Source: an uncultured Planctomycetota bacterium (GTDB lineage: Bacteria; Planctomycetota; Planctomycetia; Isosphaerales; Isosphaeraceae). Taken from it: 64,000 bases of DNA. The stretch lies in contig CAWGMQ010000012.1 in NCBI GenBank assembly GCA_963823665.1, positions 64,001 to 128,000 of the forward strand, given 5' to 3'. The notes under the pieces were generated by a model that saw only the letters and a list, made by a program, of their open reading frames with translations, did no database searches and was not told the origin of the DNA. The position numbers were made by a program, and so were the translations under genes. How positions within the stretch are numbered: the first letter of the stretch is position 1; each line of letters starts with the position of its first letter. Below, piece after piece: positions 54,303 through 64,000 of this stretch.

Positions 54303-56222
54303 TTAGCCGACCGAATCCGTCGCTCTGGTGGTGACCACTTTGTTCAAACGAGCCGTCAACTTCTCGGGCACCTGAAAAAAGTGCTTGCCTTCACGATAGA
54401 TTTCGACGTCCTTCAGCCACTGAAATGTTCTTGATGAAAGCCTCCAGCAGAAAACCAATCCCGCCCCAGTCTCCAGGTCCAGTCGGACTACGTTGAAAGC
54501 CTTTTCGTAGTGCTCCGCAGCGTACAATGCGCCGGCGGAAATATGACAGTATTCGCGGCCGGCGAAAAAGGACGCCTGAACGTGCGGGTCGTGCTCGTGC
54601 CCGCGAAGAACGAAGTCAAAATACGGGAACGTCTTTCGCTGGTAACGCATGTCGTCGAGGATATACCAGTCGGTCTCTGGAGGATGATGCACGAGGGCAA
54701 GGCGGATCTGTGCCTCCTGTAATCCCTCCACTGCGTCATCAATCTGTGGGACGCCCAGAACCAGTCGCCCACGGTCCGCGTCCGAACTGGAGCGCCAAGC
54801 GGAATTGAGCCCAGCGATTCCGACGTTGACACCCTTGATTGCTTGAATCGTGATAAACGAGCCGTATCGATTGAGTAGCGGTTGTCCAAACCGTCCGCAT
54901 CGCGCCGCAAATGTCTGGAAGTTCTCCAGCCTACGAAAAACTCGCGCACGGTCGTCCTCGTAATTATGCGATTTCAGATACTCCATTGTCGCCTGATACG
55001 AGGTGAGGAACGCAAGAGCGGCAGTCTCTTCCCGTTGGTACCGTTCAACTAGCGGACGATACACGTCGTGATTGCCTGGTACCACCATGATCGGCGCATC
55101 GGGCTCGGGTAGGCACGCATGCAGTTGCTCGAGAAACATTAAAGCAATATCATATTCCTTGTCGTCACCCGAAAACGCGACATCTCCAGTCAGGAAAACG
55201 AAGTCCGGACTGAGATCCTCCTCACCGAGTAACTTGGGTAAGTCTGCGATGAACGACTCCTTCACCTTGTCTCCCGCCCAGTCGTTCTGCCGCACTTCCG
55301 AGCCGTCTGCCTTGAATTGAAGATCTGAAATGTGAAGCCACGTTAAGGTCTGGCCTGAAACACGACGGGGCGATTTTCCGGACAACGAAATCACAGCAGG
55401 TGCATTGACATTCACTTTCAAGACATTGGGCTTGCGAAGGAAGCTGTCGACCGCAACCGACGGGACCTCCGAAGCATGAAGATCCTGCTTTTGGGTCGAG
55501 ATTGAGTCCGCTGCGCTGGCCCCCGAGCTTTGAACCGTCAAGATTCCCGCCCAACGCGTCAGGGCATCGCGAAAACGGCCTAACTCTGGACGCACGTTCA
55601 ACGCCTGCAGCACGGGCAACGCGGGCGAGTCGCCGTTCGCAACCGCACGCGCCAGATCCCGGAAAAGTCCCGAACGCAAGCAAATCGTCATCGCGTCGCG
55701 GCATTCGTAAGCTCCGCCGAACAACTGTTGAGGCAACGCATCCCAGGCCTGGCGGACTGCGCGGATGGACGGCTGCTCGGCGTCCAGACGCCGCAGAAAC
55801 GGAAGGACGGACTGTCCTTGGTACTGGGCACAGTGCAAGGCTCCCGGCAGATCAGCCATCTCCGGGAGAGGCGCGGCGTAGAGTATGGCTTCCAACGAAT
55901 CGAGCGTCCGCGTCGCGGCGAGGCATTCGTCCAGCTCCTCCGCCGCTTGAGCGCGAACCTCGTCGGAGTGGCTCGGATCGAGCAATAGCAGGCTTACATC
56001 GAGCGCCTCCTCACGCCATACCGCCAGTTCCAACCGCTGCCGAACAGCCGTGGGATCGCAGTCTTCCAGGAACTCGAGATCTGCCCCTTCCCCGATCAGC
56101 AGGTGATACTCGTCGTGTCGCCGCGGAATCAGTTCATCGGGCTCGTCGACGTCCAGGGAGAAGAGTTGGTCGCCATGCACGATTAACGCCACACCGGCCC
56201 GGCCGGAAATAACCGCATTCAT
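54303..56222 (-). CDS. Unknown N-terminal domain fused to a calcineurin-like metallophosphoesterase
   Basis: LTWLHISDLQF, FLTGDVAFSG, VPGNHDV, GLNSAW, LVHHP, LRGHEH. The N-terminal ~230 aa is mostly helical and unassigned. Confidence 0.88.
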   Translation of the reverse strand: MNAVISGRAGVALIVHGDQLFSLDVDEPDELIPRRHDEYHLLIGEGADLEFLEDCDPTAVRQRLELAVWREEALDVSLLLLDPSHSDEVRAQAAEELDECLAATRTLDSLEAILYAAPLPEMADLPGALHCAQYQGQSVLPFLRRLDAEQPSIRAVRQAWDALPQQLFGGAYECRDAMTICLRSGLFRDLARAVANGDSPALPVLQALNVRPELGRFRDALTRWAGILTVQSSGASAADSISTQKQDLHASEVPSVAVDSFLRKPNVLKVNVNAPAVISLSGKSPRRVSGQTLTWLHISDLQFKADGSEVRQNDWAGDKVKESFIADLPKLLGEEDLSPDFVFLTGDVAFSGDDKEYDIALMFLEQLHACLPEPDAPIMVVPGNHDVYRPLVERYQREETAALAFLTSYQATMEYLKSHNYEDDRARVFRRLENFQTFAARCGRFGQPLLNRYGSFITIQAIKGVNVGIAGLNSAWRSSSDADRGRLVLGVPQIDDAVEGLQEAQIRLALVHHPPETDWYILDDMRYQRKTFPYFDFVLRGHEHDPHVQASFFAGREYCHISAGALYAAEHYEKAFNVVRLDLETGAGLVFCWRLSSRTFQWLKDVEIYREGKHFFQVPEKLTARLNKVVTTRATDSVG

Positions 56223-57073
56223 TTGCGCACCTCGAATGCGATGTCGGCCCGGCCAAGCTCAACTTCCACAGCCTGTCGAACGCTTTTCTTCGGCTGGCGC
56301 CCCTTGAGTCGAACGATTACCCGCGCGAACATGCGCAATGTCAGCGAGCCAAAGATATGGACCTCTACGAATTCGTCGGTTGCGGGCGCACCGGGCTTGA
56401 GCAGCACTTTCGGAAATTCGGCGGCCGTTGTGTCGCTTTTTAGTCGGTTCGCCAGCTTTGCCGCCGAGATTCGATGCCGATCATTCCAGGCAGCGCGATA
56501 ACCGCGAGGTAACTCCGGAGCGTCCCATATCTTGATATCGTGTTTTTTCATGAACATCACGCTGTTCTCATCGAATACCGATGCGCGGTGAGCGATCATC
56601 TCCTCCTTCATCACGACGGAACAGTTGCCATAGTTGGTCAACCCTTCTCCATCCAGTGTCAAGGCGGCAAAACGAATCTCCGATTTGACACGGTCGCCAA
56701 AAAGGGCCGTGTCGGCCAAGCTCCGTAGAACATCCCAGTTGTCGCCGGCGGGGATACGGAGTTGAGTCAACTGATAGTAGGTAGCGTACAACTCTTTGTC
56801 GCTCCTGGCCAGCCGAGCGACCTCCGCAATCGGTCGAGCAATAACGGCTTCCGATCCTTGAACGGCGGTTTCAAATTCCTCAAGAATCTGTTGTACTCCG
56901 CGAGCGATGGCGTTCTGGCGGGCGCCTTGGTACCGAATCTCAAGAGCTTGAAGTTCTTCTGGCTCTTCCGCGAGAAGCACATTCGGAAACCGCGATGGCC
57001 GCGCGCAATGGGGGCAGGCGGTCCAATCCAGCGGAACCGCAAACTGGCAATACGGGCACGGAGCGCTCTGCAT
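56219..57073 (-). CDS. Zinc-ribbon protein with a putative enzymatic (ADP-ribosyltransferase-like?) domain
   Basis: CPYC-x10-CPHC; RFAALTL..NYG.C...RASVFDENS...DEFVEVHIFG. Its stop overlaps the next start (ATGA at 56222-56219). Confidence 0.8.
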   Translation of the reverse strand: MQSAPCPYCQFAVPLDWTACPHCARPSRFPNVLLAEEPEELQALEIRYQGARQNAIARGVQQILEEFETAVQGSEAVIARPIAEVARLARSDKELYATYYQLTQLRIPAGDNWDVLRSLADTALFGDRVKSEIRFAALTLDGEGLTNYGNCSVVMKEEMIAHRASVFDENSVMFMKKHDIKIWDAPELPRGYRAAWNDRHRISAAKLANRLKSDTTAAEFPKVLLKPGAPATDEFVEVHIFGSLTLRMFARVIVRLKGRQPKKSVRQAVEVELGRADIAFEVRK

Positions 57074-57361
57074 CGCACACCTATGAGGTAACCGACCGAG
57101 TAATCAGAACTGGCTAAATCTTGAAGACATATTGGTCTAACGCTGCTAACACTTTGCTGGCCCTCCCGTTGCAAGAACCGCACATCGCAAACATATTGAA
57201 CCAACATCCCGCTCACAGGGGCAATATACTTGCCAGCGCGATTGATAGCGAAAGAGGCGCAACGCGCTTGAATTCCGCGGCCTCTAGCCCCATCTTCGTG
57301 GGATGCTCTGTGGTAGACTTCTCGTGACCCCACCCCCGCTCTCACTGAGGATCGAACGCCC

Positions 57362-58399
57362 ATGCGCACCGTCCGAATGACAAGCTTCTTCGCTTTCGGC
57401 CTGATCCTGCTCTCAACCAAAGGCCCCAGCGCGGCCGAGCCCAGCGATCGTCCCGCTGATAGCAAGAAATACCTGATCATCCACGCCGACGACGGCGGCA
57501 TGTGCCACTCCGTGAACCGAGCGACCGTCGAGGCATTGGAGAAAGGAATCGTCTCCTCGTGCAGCATCATGATCCCCTGCCCTTGGGTCACCGAGTTCGC
57601 CAACTATGCGAAGGCTCACCCGGAAAAAGACTATGGCGTTCATCTGACACTGAACTCCGAGTGGTCGGTCTACCGCTGGGGCCCGGTCGCCGGCCGGAAC
57701 GTGGTTCCGAGCCTGGTCGACGCCGACGGCTACCTCTACCGCGACGTCCCCAGCGTGGCCAAGAACGCCAAAGCCGACGAGGTCGAGATCGAGCTGACAG
57801 CGCAGATCGAGCGAGCCAAGGCCCTCGGCATCCCGCTCAGCCACATCGATACGCACATGGGCGCCGTCGTGAGCCGGCCCGACCTGGTCGAGATCTATGT
57901 TAAGCTCGGGCTGAAGTACGACCTGCCCATGCTCTTCCTGCGCAAGATTGAAGGCCCGGTCGTCGAGGCGTATCCGGCGTTGCGCGAGCGCGGCAAAGAG
58001 CTGCTCGCAGCCCTCGACGCGCGGCGGTTTCCCGTTCTGGATAACCTGGCCCAATTCTACGGCGGCAATTCGCACGACCAGCGCGTCGAGAGCTATTTGA
58101 AAACGCTACGAACTCTACCAACAGGCACGAGCCAGCTCATCATCCACTGCGGTGTCTTGGACGACGAACTCCGCGCTGTGACCAACAGCGCCTCGAATCG
58201 CGACGGCGACCGCCGTATCTTCACGGATCCCGCGATCGCCGCCGAGATCAAGCGCTTGGAAATCGAGGTGATCTCATGGAAACAGTTCCGAGCCATGACC
58301 GAAGGAGCGCCAGCAGCCAAAGGCGACCGCACCGGCACAAAGGAACAGCCCATGACACCGTCCTCAACGACCTACTCGTTAAGGATGCCCGCGCTGTAG
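57362..58399 (+). CDS. YdjC/ChbG-family carbohydrate deacetylase, secreted
   Basis: Signal peptide; [34 protein letters not shown]. Confidence 0.9.
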   Translation: MRTVRMTSFFAFGLILLSTKGPSAAEPSDRPADSKKYLIIHADDGGMCHSVNRATVEALEKGIVSSCSIMIPCPWVTEFANYAKAHPEKDYGVHLTLNSEWSVYRWGPVAGRNVVPSLVDADGYLYRDVPSVAKNAKADEVEIELTAQIERAKALGIPLSHIDTHMGAVVSRPDLVEIYVKLGLKYDLPMLFLRKIEGPVVEAYPALRERGKELLAALDARRFPVLDNLAQFYGGNSHDQRVESYLKTLRTLPTGTSQLIIHCGVLDDELRAVTNSASNRDGDRRIFTDPAIAAEIKRLEIEVISWKQFRAMTEGAPAAKGDRTGTKEQPMTPSSTTYSLRMPAL

Positions 58400-60184
58400 A
58401 GGGTGCTCTCGAAGTACGAGCGATACTCATATTCGCTCATTTGCTGCACATAAACCCTGGTGCCGTTCGGGAGCACCTCGATCGACTGCCCGGCCGGATC
58501 GCTCGCCGAGCCCGAGACCCCCGGACGTGAAGGCCAGGTTGCCGTTGGGGAGCAGCTCCGAGCTCCCGAGGAAGGCCGAGTAGTTGCCCATGTCGGCATT
58601 CACCACCAGCGTCGCCGTCATGTTCTGCTCGTTGAGGACCCATTCCTGCCCGCGGCTATCCGCCTTCGGGTTGTACGCGTGGCGGGTGTTCCCGTCATCG
58701 AAGACCAGCATGGTGTTGTCGTTGATGTAGCGCACGTCGTGCTGGTGGGAGAACCACGGGTTGGGGCGTGTTGGCGATGGCCTTGAAATTGCCGCCCGGC
58801 CCCCAGCTTCCAGACGATGTGGCCGTTGCCGGTCCCGTTGGCGTAATCGATCTTGATCACCCAGTCCTGGGCGCGCAGCGAGACGATCAGGTCCCCGTCC
58901 TCGGGCGACCAGCTCACGGAGTTGGCGTGCAGCCAGTCGGTCGGGTCCCGGTCATCCGTGCCGAGGCGGTTGGTGTTGAGCCAGTGGAAGGAGTTCCAGA
59001 CCCACGACACCTGGAAGTTCTGATTCAGGACGAGGACCATGTCGCCGTTGAACTTGGTGGGCCTCCCCTTGTAATTGACGATCTTCGGCGTGCTGGCGAT
59101 GACGACCGTGTCGCCGTTGGGCAGGAGCTTGGCCTCGTGGTCGAAGTCGAGGATCTGCGGCTGGTGCATCGCGGCCAGCTCGGCGTTGACGGCATGGATG
59201 TTCGTCTGGCGCAGGGTGTCGCCGGCCAGGTCGACCTGCCGCAACGTGTTATAGCCCGCGGCGACGCCGACGACGTTGCCGCCCAGCATCATCACCGTGC
59301 CGCCCGGCTCGAGGTTCTGGGCATAGCCGGGGAAGTTGTTGGCCACCGAGTCATAGTACCAGATGACGTTGCCGCTCAAGTCGGTCGCCACGGTGTTGAC
59401 CGCGTTCTTGGCGGTCGTCTTGTTGACCCCGGCGTGGAAGATCATGCTCTGGCTCAGGTCCGTCCCGGCGGCCGGCGGCTGCACCACGGTGAAGGTGGGG
59501 AAATTGCAGGTTGGCCGGCAGGCTCCCGGTGGTGAACGCGAGCGGGGCGGAGACCGTCCCGTCATCCAGGACGTCCCGCATGAGGTAGGTCGTGTTGGGC
59601 AGCATGCCGGCCACGATGAAGTTGGTGCTCTCGCCCGGGACGATGGGCAGCGGGGAGGTATTCTGCCAGGACAGGGTGGGGCCCTGCTCGGCGAACTGGA
59701 CGTACATCGAGGCGCCGGGCGAGGGAGGCGCGCTGTACAGGGCGACCAGGGGGTTGGCCATGGGGCTGACCACGGCGCTGTCCCCCACAACACGCGTCTG
59801 CGCCGTATACGTCGCGGTCGCGGATTCGCTCTTCCGGGCGCCGAATCCGTACTTGACGTCCACCTGGATCTCGTAGGTCCCCTGCTGCATGGGGTTCCAG
59901 GTGAAGCTGTTGCTGAGGCTGAAGTCGCTCACGACCTGGAGGGCACCGCCCTGCTGCTCGACGCTGAACTGGTAGACGGCGTTTTGCCCGTCGCCGCTGG
60001 ACGTCGCCGTCCAGATGACCGGCGATCCGACGTAGGGGACAGCCGGGGCGATGTCGGTCAGGGAGACGGACAGGAGGCAGCGATCCTCCAGTGGCGTGCA
60101 GTCGGGCCGATGCCGCCGGGGGCGACGATTCAGGGCGCGCCGGGCCGCGGCTCGCGTGCAAAATAACATGAGAGGTCGCCACAT
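58372..60184 (-). CDS. Arylsulfotransferase (ASST)-family secreted protein with an LEPR-XLL leader, with ~3 frameshifts (~59510, ~58790, ~58520)
   Basis: [84 protein letters not shown]. Confidence 0.85.
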
Positions 60185-60699
60185 GATAAGAACTCCGGAT
60201 AGAAAATAATCGCAGCGCGAGCCCTGCCTCCGGGGCCTCAACTGCAAAGTTTTGTTAGTGCGCTGCAATCCTTGGGGGCGCACGGGGCGAGGACTGTGAC
60301 CGACTAACGCCGCGCGTCGCTGTTGCACGGCTGGGTCGGTCGCATGGGCCAGGGGGTGTGGGCGCGTGTAGCTTCGGGGCTGGTTACAGCCCACAACACC
60401 CGTCGGTGCCGATCGTCGTCTCTCCTCGCCAGTCGGGCCGATGGGTCGATCTAAGCCCGTCTATTAGAAACACACCGTGACCAGATCGCAACAAAGAAGA
60501 CAGAAAAAAGTGCGCAAAGCGCCATCCATCGCTAATCCGTACAGATTCGTGAATATATGTAAAGTGGCAAACTGCGAGCGCACACGATGAACATTGCCCG
60601 GTACGGAGACGAGCGCCGGGCTCATGGTCAATAGAATTGCATTTATGAAATTATTTGGATGTTAATAGTTTTTATATATTGAAATGACTAAATATACTT

Positions 60700-60864
60700 G
60701 TACGGTCATGCGATTCAGGTGGGTGGCGCTAGCGTCACCGGTATTCCGGTGTAGCAGGCACACTCCGTGTGCCGTCCGCCGAAGTTGCCGGTGAGTGGCA
60801 CTGGCCAGGTCAGTCCTCCATGCTCGGGCGAATCGCCGTCCCGGAATCGCGAAAAGCCATTTAG
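60700..60864 (+). repeat. Second copy of the ~170 bp composite repeat with the family B GTAG REP
   Basis: Same orientation as 51290-51460; GTAGCAGGCACACTCCGTGTGCCGTCCGCCGAAGTTGC starts at 60751. Confidence 0.85.
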
Positions 60865-60879
60865 CGACGCGTCTGCAAT

Positions 60880-60995
60880 CGCTTCGCACGATCCGGACAG
60901 GCGTCAGTCAGCTCTCATCCATTGCGGCGTCCTCGCCGACGAGCTCTGCGTGATGACAGGTCACAGCTTTCGCGGAGGCCGAAACTCTGTCTATG
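60880..60995 (+). pseudogene. Degenerate fragment of a YdjC-like gene
   Basis: GVSQL/IHCGVLADELCVMT aligns with [20 protein letters not shown] at ~58123-58185. Confidence 0.6.
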
Positions 60996-61099
60996 GTCTG
61001 ACCAGGGAAGGCTTCGAGCGGAAGACCGAGCCTCTGGCTTGGGCGAAGGAAGCGGGCTGATATTATTCCTCCAGGCTCACCCGCACGCCTGACGCTCCC

Positions 61100-63586
61100 T
61101 CAATCCGCCCGAACCCTCGCCCCTTCTTTCTTGGCTTGCTCAAAGAATGCCGGTCCGTTGAAGATATCCTTCGGAAAATCCTCGGCCTGCAAGGTTTTGA
61201 TATTCACCCACATGTACCTGGTCCGATCCGGCTTCTTGGTCGTCGGCTTTTCCCGCTCCAGCCCGGAGGTTTCCGACTTCTCCCACAGCGAGACGTACCA
61301 CGACCCATTCGCAAGCTGCTGGAACGCCTTCGCCCGCACGTCCTGCAGATCCCATGTCTCTCGCCCGTACGTCTTTTGCCACGTGACGTGCCGCATCGCA
61401 ATCCAGTCATGGGCTGGGTCGAGCGTGTAAATCTGCGGATACGGCTCGTGACGATCGCCAACTTGAATCGTGCCATTCGTCTTGATGACGATCATTCCCG
61501 GCGGCGTTCCGGCTTCCGGGGTCAGCACCTCGAGGCCGAGTGCCCTCGACCTGGCCACGGCCCAGTGCTGCTCCACGAACGTGGGTAACCCGTCGAATCC
61601 ATGGTCCATCACGTGAACTTCGATGTCGCGCGGCCGGTCCGGCTCGACCGAAAATCGCGTGAGGTGGTACGTCATCCTTCCGTCCGCGAGGCCCACATTC
61701 ACCGACTTCTTGAACGGGAACCAAAGAGCGACGCGATCAGCGTCGAACGCGCCCGTCGGGGCATCACTGATCTTTGGAAAGAGTCCGTCGGGCCGATTGC
61801 CGTAGTCCTGATTATCAGCTTTGAAGTAGCGGGTCAGCTCGTCGTCGAGAGATCGATGCACGTCGCTCATCATGTTCTTGCAAAAGCCGTCAATGAACGC
61901 TTCCTTCACGGACCAGTATTCCAGGTGAATCTCGCCGCGGTAGCCCTTGCTCACCACGCGCAGGTCGCGCGGAAACTTGCGGATCGCCTCAACCTGTCCG
62001 GCGATCGCCTTGCGAACCTCGGGCATCTGATCGGCCCATTTGGAAGACCGCCGTGTTGCTTCGCGATCGACAATCGGCGCCTCGCGCGGCACCCCCAGCG
62101 CCGCCAGGTCGGCCGGGCCGGTCTCCGGATAGTCGTAATCAATCGTCTCGAATTCCTTGCCGTATCGATCCTGATCGGCGGCCTGATAACGCTTCTTCGA
62201 TCGCAATCGCCGCCGGGTTTCGGCGTCGTACCACACTTGCTCTTGCAACCGCATCGCGCCCAGCGCGTCGTGCTCGTAATCATCGCAGCGAATCGTCTTC
62301 TTGCCGTCGAGCGTGTCGAACGCGTACTCCGAGGCGATGACCGCCCGGAACAGCCGCAGTAACGGAGGCGTGCGCGAAGGCACCTTCCGGTTCGGATCGT
62401 CTTGAATGTCGTGGGCTGCCGGGGTGATCAATCGCCCCAATCTGTCCTTCATGTCGTGATACGGAGTCGGCTTGGATTTTTCGATCGCCCCACTTCCCCT
62501 GTAGGTCAGCCACTCTCGCGTCGAGGCATCGAGCATCGACACGGTCTTCCCCTCGCGCTTGAACTCGATCGCGGTGTCGAGATTCGCCCAGTACTCCGCG
62601 CCTCGGTCACTCTTGAGATGAACCCAGCGCACCGGAACGAGTTCGACCTTCTGCGCGGGCTCGGCTCGCGTTTTGGGAACGACCTTCGGCTCATCCTCGA
62701 CGGTATTGACCGGTACCGGGGCTGCCTTGGCCGCCGGCGGCCGGGGATCGTCCGCTCGCGTGAATGCATACGCCGCCGCCGCGGCCGAGAGCAGGCCCGC
62801 GACGAACATGACCTTCACGCCTTTCGCAAACACGCTCGCACGAGCCGCGCTCCCGGCGAGTCGAGTCGCCAGCACCGAGGCCTCGCGCGTGCCCAGCGCG
62901 ACGCGCGCGGTCTGCTCGACGAAGCCGGCCGGCAAGGCGCCTTGCGCGATCAAACCAAGAGCGCCCAGGCGCCCCAGCACCAAGGGTGGCACACCCCGGG
63001 CCGCCAGGCGATTGCGCAGCCGATCTCTCGCACCGGCGAGCCTGCGGCGGAGGGTCGCCTCGCCGCAATCAAGCACCCGGGCCGCTTCGAGCTGCGGCAT
63101 GCCTTCCAGGTCGCAAAGCACAAGCGGCCGGCGATAGCGCTCGGGCAGCCGCGCAATCGCGTCATGAAGCTCGGCGGCTTGTTGGTCGTCGTCGCTACGT
63201 GCGGGAAGTGCGGCGAGATCGATTCCGCCCTGTTCTCTCGTCCGCCGGCGCGACGCCTCGCGATTGGCCCGGATCGCCACGTGATAAGCGACGCGATAGA
63301 GCCAGCCCCCCAGCGATTCATCGACCCAGAGCGACCCCGCACGCCTCACCAGAATAAGGAACGTGGCCTGAAACGCATCTTCGACTTCGTGCGAATCGCG
63401 CAGCACATCGCGGCAGACCGAGCACACCATGGGCCCATGTCGCGCCACCAGAGCACCGAACGCGTCCTCATCACGGCTCGCGACAAATCGCCGCAAAAGC
63501 GCCGCATCCGACTGTCCCACGACCGACTGGCCGGAAAACAGCAGTTGAATCGACCGTAGTGTCTCTCCCAACCGCGTGCTCGCCAT
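61100..63586 (-). CDS. ECF sigma-70 factor with a TM helix and a large unassigned extracytoplasmic extension
   Basis: AFGALVARHGPMV...EDAFQATFLIL; LPERYRRPLVLCDLEG; TM VMFVAGLLSAAAAAYAF; ~530 aa beta-rich tail. Confidence 0.92.
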   Translation of the reverse strand: MASTRLGETLRSIQLLFSGQSVVGQSDAALLRRFVASRDEDAFGALVARHGPMVCSVCRDVLRDSHEVEDAFQATFLILVRRAGSLWVDESLGGWLYRVAYHVAIRANREASRRRTREQGGIDLAALPARSDDDQQAAELHDAIARLPERYRRPLVLCDLEGMPQLEAARVLDCGEATLRRRLAGARDRLRNRLAARGVPPLVLGRLGALGLIAQGALPAGFVEQTARVALGTREASVLATRLAGSAARASVFAKGVKVMFVAGLLSAAAAAYAFTRADDPRPPAAKAAPVPVNTVEDEPKVVPKTRAEPAQKVELVPVRWVHLKSDRGAEYWANLDTAIEFKREGKTVSMLDASTREWLTYRGSGAIEKSKPTPYHDMKDRLGRLITPAAHDIQDDPNRKVPSRTPPLLRLFRAVIASEYAFDTLDGKKTIRCDDYEHDALGAMRLQEQVWYDAETRRRLRSKKRYQAADQDRYGKEFETIDYDYPETGPADLAALGVPREAPIVDREATRRSSKWADQMPEVRKAIAGQVEAIRKFPRDLRVVSKGYRGEIHLEYWSVKEAFIDGFCKNMMSDVHRSLDDELTRYFKADNQDYGNRPDGLFPKISDAPTGAFDADRVALWFPFKKSVNVGLADGRMTYHLTRFSVEPDRPRDIEVHVMDHGFDGLPTFVEQHWAVARSRALGLEVLTPEAGTPPGMIVIKTNGTIQVGDRHEPYPQIYTLDPAHDWIAMRHVTWQKTYGRETWDLQDVRAKAFQQLANGSWYVSLWEKSETSGLEREKPTTKKPDRTRYMWVNIKTLQAEDFPKDIFNGPAFFEQAKKEGARVRAD

Positions 63587-63784
63587 GGCGCTTCGGCTCC
63601 CCTGCTCTCTCGATCGATTGGTCCTGTCGACTATATCTAAGAGCGCGGGTTCCTGAGTCCGATCATCTTTTTTTTTCCGGCCCGCCGTTTCTTTTGCAAC
63701 CGCCGGCTACTCAAGGCGAAGGGATTGCATTCCGTCTCAATGTGCAGTAAGATCTGCACGTAATACGAAATCAGAGAGACTGCC

Positions 63785-64000
63785 ATGCCGCGATTCACAC
63801 CGGGCGAGCTGAAGGTCATGCGACTGCTTTGGGAGCACGGCGAGCTGAAGCCGGCCGAGCTTCAGACGCGCTTCCCGGAGCCGATCAAGAACCCCGCGCT
63901 GCGGTCGTACTTGACGACCCTGGTCGAAAAGGGGCACCTCACCCGCCGCCGGGTGGGCAAGGCCTATTACTACAAGGCGGCCACCCGGTCGCGTTCCGCG
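63785..64000 (+). CDS. BlaI/MecI/CopY family transcriptional regulator (partial, runs off the window)
   Basis: MPRFTPGELKVMRLLWEHGELKPAEL...ALRSYLTTLVEKGHLTRRRVGKAYYY. Confidence 0.9.
   Translation, partial: MPRFTPGELKVMRLLWEHGELKPAELQTRFPEPIKNPALRSYLTTLVEKGHLTRRRVGKAYYYKAATRSRSA

Noticed and set aside
60480..60700. AT-rich stretch as an origin or ncRNA
   Set aside because: No DnaA boxes, iterons or clear structure. It is probably a promoter region.

Overview
GC-rich bacterial DNA, most likely from Planctomycetota (probably Isosphaeraceae-like). This is inferred from the planctomycete-type ECF sigma factors with long C-terminal extensions, ECF/Ser-Thr kinase pairs, LEPR-XLL secreted proteins and REP-like repeats. 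Housekeeping content includes type III glnA, gltBD with an upstream LysR gene, a YhaM-like nuclease, GDPD, an M28 peptidase and a phytoene-dehydrogenase-like flavoprotein. There are five ECF sigma factors, two Ser/Thr kinases, WD40 proteins and an ~11.1 kb adhesin-like gene with internal tandem duplications. Many genes carry single-base indels that look like long-read errors. The 51-61 kb block is accessory and is bounded by two copies of a ~170 bp REP-containing repeat. It holds a riboswitch-like leader, a truncated Y1/RAYT transposase, a nucleotidyltransferase and a translationally coupled two-gene operon (Zn-ribbon plus putative ADP-ribosyltransferase-like protein, then an unknown helical domain fused to a calcineurin-like phosphoesterase). 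That operon is the best candidate for an undescribed defence or conflict system. No rRNA, tRNA or CRISPR array was seen. All family calls come from motif recognition, not database searches.
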